Positions 52,425 through 62,956 of a stretch of DNA of 64,000 nt are shown one piece after another; within the stretch, counting starts at the first letter, position 1, and each line of letters opens with the position of its first letter. A program made the position numbers and the translations under genes. The stretch spans positions 384,001 through 448,000 of the forward strand of contig JAXHLW010000013.1 of assembly GCA_034521815.1 (NCBI GenBank), read 5' to 3'. The stretch comes from Trueperaceae bacterium (lineage in GTDB: Bacteria; Deinococcota; Deinococci; Deinococcales; Trueperaceae). The notes under the pieces are model-generated. The model had not been told where the DNA came from. It saw only the letters and a program-made list of their open reading frames with translations, and searched no databases.

Positions 52425-53370
52425 GAAGCCGATCCTCGACCTCGAGGCGAAGATCCGCGACATGCGGACGTACGCCGAGGAGCAGGAGATGGACCTCGCC
52501 GAGGAGATCGCGCTGCTCGAGGCCCGTCTGGAGAGGCTCAAGGCGCAGACGTTCGAGAGGCTCACGCGCTGGCAGCGCGTGCAGGTCGCTCGGGCGGCGG
52601 GGCGACCCACCGGGTTGGATTACGTCGCTCACGTGTTCGAAGGGTTTCGCGAGCTGCACGGCGATCGGACCCTTGGCGACGATCCGGCGGTCGTGACCGG
52701 CTTGGCGGAGCTGGGGGGCGAAAGCCTGGTGGTGATCGCGCAACAGAAGGGTCGCGACACGAAGGAGAACATCCACCGCAACTTCGGCATGAGCCATCCG
52801 AGCGGGTACCGCAAGGCGATGCGGATGTTCGACCTGGCGGACAAGTTCGGCTTGCCGGTCGTCACGCTGATCGACACCCCGGGCGCCTACCCCGGCATCG
52901 CGGCCGAAGAGCAGGGTCAGGCGTGGGTGATCGCGGCCTCGATCCAGCGCATGAGCCGCCTTCGGGTGCCCGCGATCGCCGTGGTCATCGGGGAGGGCGG
53001 CTCGGGCGGCGCGTTGGCCATCGGCGTGGCCAACCGGGTGCTGATCCTCGAGAACGCGACCTACTCGGTGATCAGCCCGGAGTCGTGCGCGGCCATCTTG
53101 TGGCGCGACGCGGCCGAGGCGCCCAGGGCGGCCGAGGCGCTGAAGCTCACCGCCCGCGATCTGCGCGAGCTCGAGATCGTCGATCGCGTGATCGACGAGC
53201 CGATCGGCGGCGCCCACCGCGATCCGGCGGCCGCCATGGACGCCGTCGGCGTCGCGCTGCGTGCCGAGCTCGACGCGCTGCGAGGCTCGACCCCGGAAGA
53301 CCTGCTCCGTGGACGGCGAGCGCGCTTCCGGCGCCTCGGCCGGTTCGTCGAGATCGACGCCGCCGCCTGA
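52408..53370 (+). CDS. accA: Acetyl-CoA carboxylase carboxyltransferase alpha
   Basis: [47 protein letters not shown]. Confidence 0.96.
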   Translation: MSLPFEKPILDLEAKIRDMRTYAEEQEMDLAEEIALLEARLERLKAQTFERLTRWQRVQVARAAGRPTGLDYVAHVFEGFRELHGDRTLGDDPAVVTGLAELGGESLVVIAQQKGRDTKENIHRNFGMSHPSGYRKAMRMFDLADKFGLPVVTLIDTPGAYPGIAAEEQGQAWVIAASIQRMSRLRVPAIAVVIGEGGSGGALAIGVANRVLILENATYSVISPESCAAILWRDAAEAPRAAEALKLTARDLRELEIVDRVIDEPIGGAHRDPAAAMDAVGVALRAELDALRGSTPEDLLRGRRARFRRLGRFVEIDAAA

Positions 53371-53395
53371 GCGTGCGGACGTGGGGGCGCGGGAG

Positions 53396-54094
53396 CTAGC
53401 GGGCGGACGTAGGTCGCGCCGCGTCGTCGCCCAGGCCCTGAATCGCAGCGCTCCGAAGCGCCTCGAACCGTTCGGCGATGTCGCCGTCCCCTGCGAACAG
53501 GGCGCTGCCCGCCACCAGCACGTCGGCGCCCGAGGCCGCCGCCAAGCCGGCGGTCGTCGTGTTCACGCCGCCGTCCACCTGCACGAGCGTCTGGGGCTTC
53601 GTGGCGTCGCGCCAGTCGCGGACCGTGCGGAGCCGGGCGTCGCTACCCTCGATCCACGATTGACCGCCGAACCCGGGATCGACGCTCATGATCAGGATCA
53701 GGTCCAGCAGCGGAAGCGCGTCTTCGACGACAGCGAGGGGCGTGAGAGGGTTGAGGGCCAGGCCGGTGCGTACCCCGCGTGCGCGGATCCGATCCAGCGT
53801 GCGGTGGAGGTGCGGCTCGACCTCGGCGTGCACCGTGATCAGGTCCGCGCCGGCGTCCGCGAACGGGTCGATCCAATCAGCAGCGCGGCTCACCATCAGA
53901 TGGACGTCCAACGTCGCGTCGGTCACGCGACGGCACGCGGCCACGACCGAAGGGCCGAACGTCAGGTTCGGTACGAACGCTCCGTCCATCACGTCCAGAT
54001 GGAACCAGTCCGCACCGGCGGCTTCGGCCTCCTGGATCTGGTCGGCGAGGTGCGCGGCGTCGGCCGCGAGCAGGGACGGGGCGATGCGGATCAT
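53396..54094 (-). CDS. rpe: Ribulose-phosphate 3-epimerase
   Basis: IAPSLL, HLDVMDG.FVPNLTFG, DVHLM, MSVDPGFGGQ, VDGG, VAGSA. Confidence 0.96.
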   Translation of the reverse strand: MIRIAPSLLAADAAHLADQIQEAEAAGADWFHLDVMDGAFVPNLTFGPSVVAACRRVTDATLDVHLMVSRAADWIDPFADAGADLITVHAEVEPHLHRTLDRIRARGVRTGLALNPLTPLAVVEDALPLLDLILIMSVDPGFGGQSWIEGSDARLRTVRDWRDATKPQTLVQVDGGVNTTTAGLAAASGADVLVAGSALFAGDGDIAERFEALRSAAIQGLGDDAARPTSAR

Positions 54095-54357
54095 CCGCTC
54101 ATGCTAGCAGCCGCGGCGCGCTCGGCGTCGTCCGGCGCGCCGTGCATGGGCCTGCCGCCCGCCGGTCCGAGGTGGGTAGGCCGGCCGACGCGCCGGTCGT
54201 CGACCGGCAAGGTACATCTTGAGCACGCCGAGCGCGTCTTCGGACGCCCCACCGGTCGCCCGAGCCGAGCGATCCGGTCCCGGTCACGGAGGTCGTGCCG
54301 GGCCCGACGGTCGTGCGGTCGGTGGGTCGCACGGTCGACCCAATGAGGAGGTCGCGA

Positions 54358-55224
54358 ATGGCACGAGAATACGCTCATCCCGAAGTCCTGGTCGATACCG
54401 CCTGGGTCGAGACGCACCACGCCGCCGACGGCGTACGCGTCGTCGAGGTCGACGAGGACGTGCTGCTCTACGAGCAAGGACACGTGCCCGGAGCGGTCAA
54501 GCTGGACTGGCACACCGAGCTTCAGCGCCCGGACGTCCGAGATTTCGTCGACGAGGCCGGCTTCGCCGAGCTGATGAAGCGAAAGGGCATCTCGAACGAC
54601 GATACGGTCGTGCTGTACGGCGACAAGTCGAACTGGTGGGCCGCGTACGCGTTCTGGTTCTTCAAGTACAACGGCCATGCCGACGTCCGGCTGATGGACG
54701 GGGGCCGGCAGAAGTGGGTGGCCGAGGAGCGTCCGATGAGCACCGATCGGCCCGAGCCGGGGTCGGCCCGCTACGAGGTGCCCTACCGCGACGCCTCCAT
54801 CCGGGCGTTCGCGTCCGACGTGCTGCAGCACCTCCTCGCGGTCAAGGACGGTCGCGGCGCGCTGGTGGACGTGCGCAGCCCGGCCGAGTTCAGCGGCGAG
54901 AAGCTGCACATGCCCGAGTACCCGCAGGAGGGCGCCTTGCGAGGCGGGCACGTCCCCGGTGCGGCCAACATCCCGTGGGCGAGGGCGGTCGCGTCGGACG
55001 GGACGTTCCTGCCGGCGTCGGAGCTGGCCCAGCTGTACGGCGAGCAGGGCGTGACGGCGGACAAGCCGGTGATCGCGTACTGCCGGATCGCCGAGCGGAG
55101 CAGCCACAGCTGGTTCGTGCTGAAGTACCTGCTGGGCTACCCGAACGTCCGCAACTACGACGGCAGCTGGACGGAGTGGGGCAACATGGTGGGCATGCCG
55201 ATCGCGCAGGGCGAGGGCGGCTGA
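54358..55224 (+). CDS. Tandem-domain rhodanese / thiosulfate sulfurtransferase
   Basis: [16 protein letters not shown] twice, active loop [28 protein letters not shown]. Confidence 0.93.
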   Translation: MAREYAHPEVLVDTAWVETHHAADGVRVVEVDEDVLLYEQGHVPGAVKLDWHTELQRPDVRDFVDEAGFAELMKRKGISNDDTVVLYGDKSNWWAAYAFWFFKYNGHADVRLMDGGRQKWVAEERPMSTDRPEPGSARYEVPYRDASIRAFASDVLQHLLAVKDGRGALVDVRSPAEFSGEKLHMPEYPQEGALRGGHVPGAANIPWARAVASDGTFLPASELAQLYGEQGVTADKPVIAYCRIAERSSHSWFVLKYLLGYPNVRNYDGSWTEWGNMVGMPIAQGEGG

Positions 55225-55263
55225 GCGCGCGAGGCTGAGCGCGCGAGGCTGAGCGCACGAGGC
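55219..55263. repeat. 14-bp tandem repeat x3 (GGCTGAGCGCGCGA) containing the stop codon
   Basis: Read directly from the sequence. Confidence 0.85.
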
Positions 55264-55314
55264 TTCTCGAGCCGAGGGAGGCGTCGGCCGCTGCGACGTC
55301 ACCGCACGACGCGA

Positions 55315-55354
55315 CGTGACGAGGGCCGGGGGGCGCCCCCCGGCCCTCGTCACG
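55315..55354. terminator. Perfect 40-bp palindrome between convergent genes (likely bidirectional terminator)
   Basis: CGTGACGAGGGCCGGGGGGCGCCCCCCGGCCCTCGTCACG equals its own reverse complement. Confidence 0.7.
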
Positions 55355-55404
55355 GTTCGCATCGGTCTCGCGCGTCGCTCGACCCGTCGGGCCGAGCGGG
55401 TCGC

Positions 55405-56724
55405 TCAGGCCGCGGTGGCGACCTTGGTCAGGGCGTAGCGGATGGCGGCTTCGAGCTTCTCGCCGCCCTCGGCGAGCTCGTCGTCGGACAGGTTCAACGG
55501 CGGCAGCAGCCGGATCACGTTGCCGTAGCTGCCGGTCGGCAGCAGGATCAGTCCGGCGTCGCGCGCGTGGGCGACGATCGCCTCGACCGCGGCGGTGTCG
55601 GGCGTCCGAGACTCGTCCTTCACGAACTCGATCCCGATCATGGCGCCTTCGCCGCGGACGTCGCCGATCTGGTCGAACTCGGTCTGTAGCGCCCGAAGGC
55701 GGTCTCCGAGCCGCTCGCCGATCAGGCGGGCGCGCTCCAGCAAGCCCTCCTCCTCGATGACGTCGAGCGTCGCGAGGGCGGCCGCGATCGACACCGGGTT
55801 GCCCCCGAACGTCGTCCCCAGCATGCCCGGCTCCATCCGGTCCATGACCTCGGCCTTGCCGATCACGGCGGACAGGGGGAACCCGGACGAGAGCGCCTTG
55901 GCGCTCGTCACCAGGTCCGGCTCCAAGCCGTGGTGATCGACCGCCCACCAAGCGCCCGTGCGGCCGATTCCGGCCTGCACCTCGTCGTCGATCCAGAGCG
56001 CTCCGATCTCCGACGCGTACGCCCTCAAGGCCGCCAGGAACGACGCGGGGGCGGGGATGAAGCCGCCTTCGCCGGCGATGGGCTCGATCACGAACGCGGC
56101 GACCTCCGACTCGCCGATCGTCGTCTTGATCTGGTCGCGCAGCCGGCCGGCGTCGTGCTGACAGCAGAGGCCGTCCGCGCGAGGCCCGCCGAACGGGCAG
56201 CGGTAGCAGTACGGGTAGTCGGCGCGATAGACCTCGGCCGCGCGCGGCGCGAAGCCGGCCTTGTACGGGTTCGCCTTGCCGGTCAGCGACAGCGCCATGT
56301 GGGTCCGGCCGTGGAACGCGTGCGTGAACGCGACGATGCCCTGGCGGCCGGTCGCGACGCGAGCGATCTTGACCGCGTTCTCGACCGCTTCGGCGCCGGT
56401 GTTCGCCAAGAACGTCTTCTTCGCGCTATCGCCAGGCGCGATGGCGTTGAGCCGCTCGGCGAGGTTCAGGTAGCTCTCGTGCATCCCGACGGCGAAGCAG
56501 AGATGCTGGAACTCGCTGGCCTGACGCTGGACCGCCTCGAGCACGCGTGGATGCGAGTGACCGACGTTCATCACGGCGATGCCTACGGAGAAGTCGAGGT
56601 AGCGCGTCCCATCGGCGTCCCAGACGTAGCTCCCTTTGGCGCGGGCCGGGTAGAAAGGGTGGACCGACGCTGCGGCTGGGGCGACCGCTGCCTTACGACG
56701 GCGGGCGAGATCGGCGTTGCTCAT
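55405..56724 (-). CDS. gabT: 4-aminobutyrate--2-oxoglutarate transaminase (class III aminotransferase)
   Basis: YLDFSVGIAVMNVGHSHP, NTGAEAVENAVK, FHGRT, EPIAGEGG, DEVQAG.GRTG, TSAKAL, TFGGNP, GSYGNVIRLLPPL. Confidence 0.88.
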   Translation of the reverse strand: MSNADLARRRKAAVAPAAASVHPFYPARAKGSYVWDADGTRYLDFSVGIAVMNVGHSHPRVLEAVQRQASEFQHLCFAVGMHESYLNLAERLNAIAPGDSAKKTFLANTGAEAVENAVKIARVATGRQGIVAFTHAFHGRTHMALSLTGKANPYKAGFAPRAAEVYRADYPYCYRCPFGGPRADGLCCQHDAGRLRDQIKTTIGESEVAAFVIEPIAGEGGFIPAPASFLAALRAYASEIGALWIDDEVQAGIGRTGAWWAVDHHGLEPDLVTSAKALSSGFPLSAVIGKAEVMDRMEPGMLGTTFGGNPVSIAAALATLDVIEEEGLLERARLIGERLGDRLRALQTEFDQIGDVRGEGAMIGIEFVKDESRTPDTAAVEAIVAHARDAGLILLPTGSYGNVIRLLPPLNLSDDELAEGGEKLEAAIRYALTKVATAA

Positions 56725-56927
56725 GGACACCTCCCGAGGATCGTGCGATGGTTTCGAAGGCGCTCGTCCGGTTGCGACGACGGATCCGCGATCGTATGGC
56801 TCCGTCTACGTTCGATTCCAAAGCGTGCCTACCTTCGTACCTTCGAGCGTAGCATCGGGGCCGTGGGCCGTACACCCCCGCACGCCCCGCCACCGTCCGA
56901 TCGGCGGCGGAACGGTAGCGTGACGAC

Positions 56928-57743
56928 GTGAGCATCGACCCCCGCATCCAGGCGACGTCGGCCCAGGGACCGGTCGTGCCTCGGCTACGCGTCACCGCGG
57001 CGCCCGGGTTCGAGGACGCCGCTGCCCGCTGGTCCGCGCGTCTCGGCGCCCCCTTCGGCCCCGGTCCCGCCACGGTGCATGCGCATCTGGGGCCCCGCGG
57101 CCTGGGGGTCCGTCCCGGCAGCGGTCCGCACGCGGACGCGGAGCCGTGGGTCGTCGATCTGGCTGCGACCCGGCCCGGCGGCGAGCCGGTGGTGCGCGCG
57201 GTGCGCGGCAAGCGCAGCGCCCGCGAGCTGTCGGTCGTGGACGCGACCGCCGGATTCGGCGTCGACGCGGCCGCGTTGGCGCGTGCAGGTATGCGGGTGA
57301 CGATGATCGAGCGTGACCCCCTGCTGGCCGCGCTGCTCGAAGACGCGCTGGCCCGCCTGGCGAACGCGACGGATCCGAGCGCGACCGAGCTGGCCGGTCG
57401 GCTCATGCTGGTGCGCGCCGACGCTCGCGCCGTTCTCCAGTCGCTGAGGCCCGGGCCCGACGTCGTCTACCTGGACCCCATGTACCCGCGCAAGGGCACG
57501 GCGGCGAAGCGTCGAGGGGCGGCCTGGCTTCGCGCCTGGACCGGCGAGCGTGCCCCGTCGGCGGACGCTGCCGACCAGGAGCTCCTGGCGCTGGCCCGCC
57601 GCGCCGCCACGATCCGCGTCGTCGTCAAGCGCCCCGCGAAGGCGCCGGCGATCGGGCCCGGCCGGAGCGGAGCACGGCGCGGGACCACCACACGCTTCGA
57701 TCTGTACGCCGGCCTAGGGAGCTCGTCCGAGGCCGAGCCCTGA
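56928..57743 (+). CDS. rsmJ: RsmJ/YhiQ-like class I SAM-dependent methyltransferase
   Basis: VVDATAGFGVDA, IERDP, DVVYLDPMYP, RVVVKRP, RFDLY. Confidence 0.78.
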   Translation: MSIDPRIQATSAQGPVVPRLRVTAAPGFEDAAARWSARLGAPFGPGPATVHAHLGPRGLGVRPGSGPHADAEPWVVDLAATRPGGEPVVRAVRGKRSARELSVVDATAGFGVDAAALARAGMRVTMIERDPLLAALLEDALARLANATDPSATELAGRLMLVRADARAVLQSLRPGPDVVYLDPMYPRKGTAAKRRGAAWLRAWTGERAPSADAADQELLALARRAATIRVVVKRPAKAPAIGPGRSGARRGTTTRFDLYAGLGSSSEAEP

Positions 57744-57848
57744 AGGCCGACGCCGCGGACGGCGCCTGGGGCCCGATGGACCCAGCGGAACCGAGACGAT
57801 AGAGGATGGGGAACGAGGACGAAGGAGGACCCGCGGCGGAGAAGACGG

Positions 57849-57922
57849 TGGCTGGCCCGCAGGGATTCGAACCCCGACCGACTGGACCAAAACCAGTTGT
57901 CCTGCCATTAGACGACGGGCCA
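57849..57922 (-). tRNA. tRNA-Gln(TTG)
   Basis: TGGCCCG...ACTGG-TTTTGGT-CCAGT...GGTTCGAATCC...CGGGCCA-G-CCA; 74 nt. Confidence 0.96.
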
Positions 57923-57947
57923 ACGCGCTCCGCCACGAGTCCGAAAG

Positions 57948-57976
57948 ATCGTATCCGCGCCGGCGCGGCCGGTCAA
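57948..57976 (-). promoter_or_regulatory. Promoter of tRNA-Gln(TTG)
   Basis: TTGACC-17nt-TACGAT. Confidence 0.7.
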
Positions 57977-57995
57977 GCAGCAGCGACGGCCCAGC

Positions 57996-58066
57996 GATCT
58001 GCACGAACAGGATCTGCACGAACAGATCCGCAAGAACGACCCCGCACGAACGAACCCGCACGAACA
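57996..58066. repeat. Degenerate 14-16 bp tandem repeat x5 (core GCACGAAC) between the tRNA-Gln genes
   Basis: gatctgcacgaacag / gatctgcacgaaca / gatccgcaagaacgac / cccgcacgaacgaa / cccgcacgaaca. Confidence 0.75.
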
Positions 58067-58106
58067 CGCCGCCCATCCGGAGGACGGGCGGCGGAGTGTC
58101 CGAAAA

Positions 58107-58180
58107 TGGCTGGCCCGCAGGGATTCGAACCCCGACCGACTGGACCAGAACCAGGTGTCCTGCCGTTAGACGACGGGCCA
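58107..58180 (-). tRNA. tRNA-Gln(CTG)
   Basis: Near-identical paralog of the TTG copy with anticodon loop TTCTGGT; CCA encoded. Confidence 0.96.
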
Positions 58181-58191
58181 GCGCGACGGGG

Positions 58192-58221
58192 AGTCTACGC
58201 GAGTGGACGGCGCCACGTCAA
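58192..58221 (-). promoter_or_regulatory. Promoter of tRNA-Gln(CTG)
   Basis: TTGACG-18nt-TAGACT. Confidence 0.7.
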
Positions 58222-58281
58222 GCGCTGGTGGGGCGCCAGTGGGCTCGGGTCGCTCGGGAGCGCGGGCGCGAAAGCGCGGCC

Positions 58282-58310
58282 TTGGCAGATCCTCGGCCCC
58301 GTGGTAGCAT
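58282..58310 (+). promoter_or_regulatory. Promoter of tRNA-Ser
   Basis: TTGGCA-17nt-(TGg)TAGCAT. Confidence 0.68.
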
Positions 58311-58348
58311 CCCAAGCCGCGTACGGGTCTTCCGGCCGCGACCGACAG

Positions 58349-58440
<92 letters not shown>

Positions 58441-58446
58441 ACGTTT

Positions 58447-58476
58447 CGAACGGCCGCCGATCGTGGCGGCCGTTCG
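58447..58476 (+). terminator. Hairpin after tRNA-Ser
   Basis: CGAACGGCCGCC-6nt-GGCGGCCGTTCG; weak U-tract. Confidence 0.5.
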
Positions 58477-58550
58477 TATGCCGCGGGAGAGTCCGGGCCG
58501 CCGCACGATGCGGCCAGGCCGCACGGACCGCTCGCGATCGGAGGTTCCCG

Positions 58551-59177
58551 GTGTCCACGATGATCATCGACCACCCGCTGATCCAACACAAGCTCTCGAT
58601 CCTGCGCGACCGGACCACCCCGGTCCGCGACTTCCGCGCGCTGTCGACCGAGATCGCGATGCTCATGGCGTTCGAGGCGATGCGCGACCTTCCGCTCGAG
58701 CAGGCCACCGTCGAGACGCCGGTCGCGACGGCGCAGGTGCAGCGGCTCGCCGGAAAGAAGCTGGCCCTCGTCGCGATCCTCCGTGCCGGCCTGATCATGG
58801 TGGACGGCATCCTCGACCTCGTTCCCAGCGCTCGCGTGGGGCACATCGGCCTGTACCGCGATCCGGATACGCTGACGCCGGTGAGCTACTACGCCAAGCT
58901 GCCCGGCGACATCCGCGATCGCGACGTGTTCCTGCTCGACCCGATGCTGGCGACCGGTGGCAGCGCCGTCGCCGCGATCGACCGGCTCAAGGAGGAGGGC
59001 GCCGGGCGAATCCGCCTGCTCTGCATCCTCGCCGCGCCCGAAGGCGTGGACGTGGTCACGGCCGCCCATCCCGACGTCGAGGTCGTGCTGGCCGCGCTGG
59101 ACGAGCGGCTCGACGAGCACGGCTACATCGTTCCCGGGCTGGGCGACGCCGGCGACCGCATCTACGGCACGCGCTGA
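58551..59177 (+). CDS. upp: Uracil phosphoribosyltransferase
   Basis: [51 protein letters not shown]. Confidence 0.96.
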   Translation: MSTMIIDHPLIQHKLSILRDRTTPVRDFRALSTEIAMLMAFEAMRDLPLEQATVETPVATAQVQRLAGKKLALVAILRAGLIMVDGILDLVPSARVGHIGLYRDPDTLTPVSYYAKLPGDIRDRDVFLLDPMLATGGSAVAAIDRLKEEGAGRIRLLCILAAPEGVDVVTAAHPDVEVVLAALDERLDEHGYIVPGLGDAGDRIYGTR

Positions 59178-59275
59178 CGTGGACGGTGCGGCGCACGGTG
59201 CGGCGCACGGTGCGGCGCGGAGGCGACGAGAAGCGCTTCGCATGGATCGGCCGTCGCCAGCGATAGGATGGACGC

Positions 59276-60487
59276 GTGCGTAGCACCCTGCTCCCCTTCC
59301 TTCCCCTGGCCGGCGTCGCGTTCCTGACGGCGGTCGGCGTCGTGGCGGCGCTCGTTCCCGCGGTGCGCGCCTTCGCGCTCCGCATCGGCGCGGTTCAGGA
59401 GGGTGGCTCCGGCCACGGCCTGGGCCTGCGACGGCACGACGGCTCGGTGGCCAGCGTGGGCGGCATGGCGATCCTCGGCGGGTTCCTCGTCGCGTTGATC
59501 GTGGGCGCGCTGGTCGCGCCGCAAGCGCTGGGCGACGATCGCACCGCGCTGCTCGCGATCGTGCTGGGCGGCGTGCTGATGACGCTGCTGGGCCTGTTGG
59601 ACGATCTCTGGGAGCTGCCGGTGGCCATGCGGCTCGCCGTGCAGACCGTCGCGGCGGGCATCCTCGTCGCGAACGGGGTGACGATCGACTTCGTGACGAA
59701 CTACTTCGCCGTCGGTCCGCTGGCCCGCTGGGCGGGGGAGGGCAGCTTCCTGTTCTTCGGCGAGACGCTGGCCGCCGTGCTGACGCTGATCTGGGTCGTG
59801 GGGTTCACGAACGCGTTCAACTTCATCGACGGCGTGGACGGCCTGTCGTCCGGCGTCGCGGCGATCGGCAGCCTCAGCCTTCTCGCCGTGGCGCTCCAGG
59901 CGGACGGCCGGGGACCGTCCGTGCTGCTCCTCGCCGCCCTGGCGGGAGCCGCGATCGGCTTCCTGCGCCACAACGCCGGTCCCGCGACGATCTTCATGGG
60001 GGACACGGGCGCGTACCTGCTGGGCTACACCTTGGCGGCGACCAGCGTACTGGGCGCGCTGAAGGTGACGGCCGCGGTGACGGTCGCGACGCCGCTGCTG
60101 ATCCTGGGCCTTCCGGTGCTGAACCTCACCCAGGTCGCGGTTCGCCGGATGCGCAGGGGAGTCAGCCCGACGCGGGCGACGAACGATCACCTGCACGACC
60201 TGCTGCGAGCGCGTGGCCGTAGCGACCGAGGCACCGTGCTGACGCTCTGGACCGCGACCCTGCTGCTGGGCGTGGCCGGCATGCTGCTGGCGGAGACGCC
60301 GCCGGTGCTGATGGGACTGACCGTCGTATCCGCCGTGGTGGCGATCGGCGGCGCTAGCGCCCTGCGCTGGTCGGAGGTGCGCGCCGCCGAGAGCGGACCT
60401 CGGCTCGGCGACGGTCCCGGTGACGCTGCCGGCGACGTCGGCACGGTCGGTGCCCGTCCCGGGAGCCGATCGTCGCGCCGACGGTGA
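59276..60487 (+). CDS. WecA/TagO-like undecaprenyl-phosphate GlcNAc-1-phosphate transferase (MraY/GT4 family)
   Basis: [36 protein letters not shown]. Confidence 0.88.
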   Translation: MRSTLLPFLPLAGVAFLTAVGVVAALVPAVRAFALRIGAVQEGGSGHGLGLRRHDGSVASVGGMAILGGFLVALIVGALVAPQALGDDRTALLAIVLGGVLMTLLGLLDDLWELPVAMRLAVQTVAAGILVANGVTIDFVTNYFAVGPLARWAGEGSFLFFGETLAAVLTLIWVVGFTNAFNFIDGVDGLSSGVAAIGSLSLLAVALQADGRGPSVLLLAALAGAAIGFLRHNAGPATIFMGDTGAYLLGYTLAATSVLGALKVTAAVTVATPLLILGLPVLNLTQVAVRRMRRGVSPTRATNDHLHDLLRARGRSDRGTVLTLWTATLLLGVAGMLLAETPPVLMGLTVVSAVVAIGGASALRWSEVRAAESGPRLGDGPGDAAGDVGTVGARPGSRSSRRR

Positions 60488-61626
60488 CGTCGCCGCGACG
60501 GGTCGCCGTCGCGTTCGGAACGCGGCCCGAGGCGTCGAAGATGGCGCCGGTCGTCGAGGCGCTCGGGGCCCATCCCTCGCTGCGCCCGTGGATCCTGACG
60601 ACGGGGCAGCACCGAGAGCAGCTCGACGACATGATGCGCCTGTTCGGGATGCGGGCCGACACGGACCTCGCGGTCATGACGGAGCGGCAGACGTTGCCGG
60701 ACCTGATGGCCCGGATCGTGCCGGCCGCGGCGGCCGCTCTCCGGTCCGCTTCCCCTGCGTTCTGCCTGGTGCACGGCGATACCTCGACGACGTTCGCGGT
60801 CGCGCTGGCGGCGTTCTACGAGGGGATCCCGGTCGGGCACGTCGAGGCCGGCCTTCGTAGCCACGACCTGGCCGAGCCGTTCCCCGAAGAGGCCAATCGG
60901 CGGCTGACCGACGTGCTCACGAGCCTCGATCTGGCGCCGACGGAGCAGGCCCGCCGCAACCTGCTGCACGAAGGCAAGGATCCAGGCGGCATCGTGGTCA
61001 CCGGCAACACCGCCGTCGACGCCGTTCGCGCCGTCGCGGCCCTTGGTCCCGGCGCGCCGGCGGACGGCGGCGAGGGGCCCACCGTCACGATCACGCTTCA
61101 TCGTCGCGAGAACCTTCCGGTCCTCGCAGGTCTCGCGACCGCGCTCGCCGATCTCGCGGCGACCCACCCGGCGATTCGCTTCGTCTGGCCGCTGCACCTC
61201 AACCCCCTGGTCGGCGACGCGGTTCGGCCGGCGATGGCGGGCCTGAGCAACGTGCGACTGTGCGATCCGCTGCCGTACGCCGAGATGGCGGCGCTGCTGG
61301 CGTCGAGCATGCTGATCGTCACCGACTCCGGCGGGCTGCAGGAGGAGGGCGCCGCGCTGGGCGTGCCCGTGGCCGTGCTGCGCAACGTGACGGAGCGCCC
61401 CGAAGGCGTGGACGCCGGGGTGCTCCGCCTGCTGGGCAACGAGCCGGGGAGGGTGCGCGCCGAGCTGGGCACGATGCTGGACGACGACACCGTCCTGGAG
61501 GCGATGCGGAATCGACCGAACCCGTACGGCGACGGCAAGGCCGGCCTGCGGATCGCTCAGTCGGTGGCCTGGCGGCTGGGTCTCGGACCAAGGCCGGACG
61601 ACTGGGACGTCGCGGTGATGCGCTGA
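60484..61626 (+). CDS. wecB: UDP-N-acetylglucosamine 2-epimerase (non-hydrolysing)
   Basis: [57 protein letters not shown]. Confidence 0.95.
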   Translation: MTSPRRVAVAFGTRPEASKMAPVVEALGAHPSLRPWILTTGQHREQLDDMMRLFGMRADTDLAVMTERQTLPDLMARIVPAAAAALRSASPAFCLVHGDTSTTFAVALAAFYEGIPVGHVEAGLRSHDLAEPFPEEANRRLTDVLTSLDLAPTEQARRNLLHEGKDPGGIVVTGNTAVDAVRAVAALGPGAPADGGEGPTVTITLHRRENLPVLAGLATALADLAATHPAIRFVWPLHLNPLVGDAVRPAMAGLSNVRLCDPLPYAEMAALLASSMLIVTDSGGLQEEGAALGVPVAVLRNVTERPEGVDAGVLRLLGNEPGRVRAELGTMLDDDTVLEAMRNRPNPYGDGKAGLRIAQSVAWRLGLGPRPDDWDVAVMR

Positions 61627-61660
61627 CGGGCGCGGAGCGCGCGATGCTATCGTCCTGAGC

Positions 61661-62956
61661 GTGCACGACGGATCCGTTCACCGACTCGCGTCGCGACGAC
61701 CCCTGCCCGGCGCTCGGCGCGACGGCGACGTACACGTTCTCGAATGGAGGGGCGCCCTCCTGATGGGGATCGTGAACGTCACCCCGGACAGCTTCAGTGA
61801 CGGAGGGCGGCACGCCGGCGCCGCCGAGGCGGTCGCCGAGGCGAAGCGGCAGGCCGCCGCCGGGGCCCGGATCGTCGACGTCGGTGGCGAGTCGACGCGG
61901 CCCGGGGCCGAGCCGGTGTCGCTGGACGAGGAGCTACGGCGCGTGCTGCCGGTGATCGAGAGGCTGGCAGAGGTCGAGAGGCTGGCAGAGGTCGAGAAGC
62001 TGATCGTGAGCGTCGACACGCGGCGGCCCGAGGTGGCGCGTGCGGCCTTGGCCGCCGGGGCGCATCTCGTGAACGACGTGGGCGGGCTGCGTGATCCGGA
62101 GATGGTCGCCGTCTGCGCGGAGGCTGGCGTGCCCGCCGTCGTGATGCACATGCGGGGGACGCCCCGAACGATGCAGGACGACCCCCGTTACGAGGACGTC
62201 GTCTCCGAGGTCGAGACGTTCCTGAGCGAGCGCGCCGAGGCGGCCGAGGCAGCGGGCGTGCCGTCCGTGGCGATCGATCCGGGCTGGGGCTTCGGCAAGC
62301 GCGACGAGGACAATCTGGCGCTGCTACGGGCGATCCCGCGCTTCGCCGCGAGCGGACGACCGGTCGTGATCGGGGCGTCCCGCAAGGGCTCGATCGGGCG
62401 TTGGGGCGGCGAGTCCGAGGCGTCGCGCCGCGATCCGGGCAGCTACGTCGTCCACCTCGCAGCGGCCCGCGCCGGCGCGGCGGTGCTCCGGGTGCACGAC
62501 GTTGCCGGGCATCGCCAGGCGCTGGCGGTCCAGGATGCGCTGGCCGCGCAGGGGATGCACGGGGTGCCCGCGGTGCCCGGAGAGGACCGGTCCTCGACCT
62601 CGGGGCGCGACCGGATCGTGCTCGAAGGCCTGGCGTTCCACGGCTACCACGGCGTGTTCGACGAGGAGGCGCGATTCGGCGCGCGCTTCGAGGTGGACGT
62701 CGAGATGCGGGTCGATCTGCCGGCCTCGGACGAGCTCGCCGCCACCGTCGACTACGCGCGGGTGTACGACCTCGTGGCGCGCGAGGTGACGGGCACGCGC
62801 TACCGCCTGATCGAAGCGCTCGCGAACGCGATCGCGGCCCGGGTCTTGTCGGCGGACGCGCGGGTTCGCGAGGTGACCGTGCGCGTGCACAAGCCGCACG
62901 CGCCGCTGCCCGGCGTCGTCCGCGACGTCGTGGCGGAGGTGGTCCGCCGTCGCTGA
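61661..62956 (+). CDS. folP: Dihydropteroate synthase fused to dihydroneopterin aldolase (FolP-FolB)
   Basis: MGIVNVTPDSFSDGG, GGESTRPG, SVDT, DPGWGFGK, SRK, RVHDV; then, in frame, DRIVLEGLAFHGYHGV..EE...TVDY...LIEALA...VHKPHAP. Confidence 0.9.
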   Translation: MHDGSVHRLASRRPLPGARRDGDVHVLEWRGALLMGIVNVTPDSFSDGGRHAGAAEAVAEAKRQAAAGARIVDVGGESTRPGAEPVSLDEELRRVLPVIERLAEVERLAEVEKLIVSVDTRRPEVARAALAAGAHLVNDVGGLRDPEMVAVCAEAGVPAVVMHMRGTPRTMQDDPRYEDVVSEVETFLSERAEAAEAAGVPSVAIDPGWGFGKRDEDNLALLRAIPRFAASGRPVVIGASRKGSIGRWGGESEASRRDPGSYVVHLAAARAGAAVLRVHDVAGHRQALAVQDALAAQGMHGVPAVPGEDRSSTSGRDRIVLEGLAFHGYHGVFDEEARFGARFEVDVEMRVDLPASDELAATVDYARVYDLVAREVTGTRYRLIEALANAIAARVLSADARVREVTVRVHKPHAPLPGVVRDVVAEVVRRR

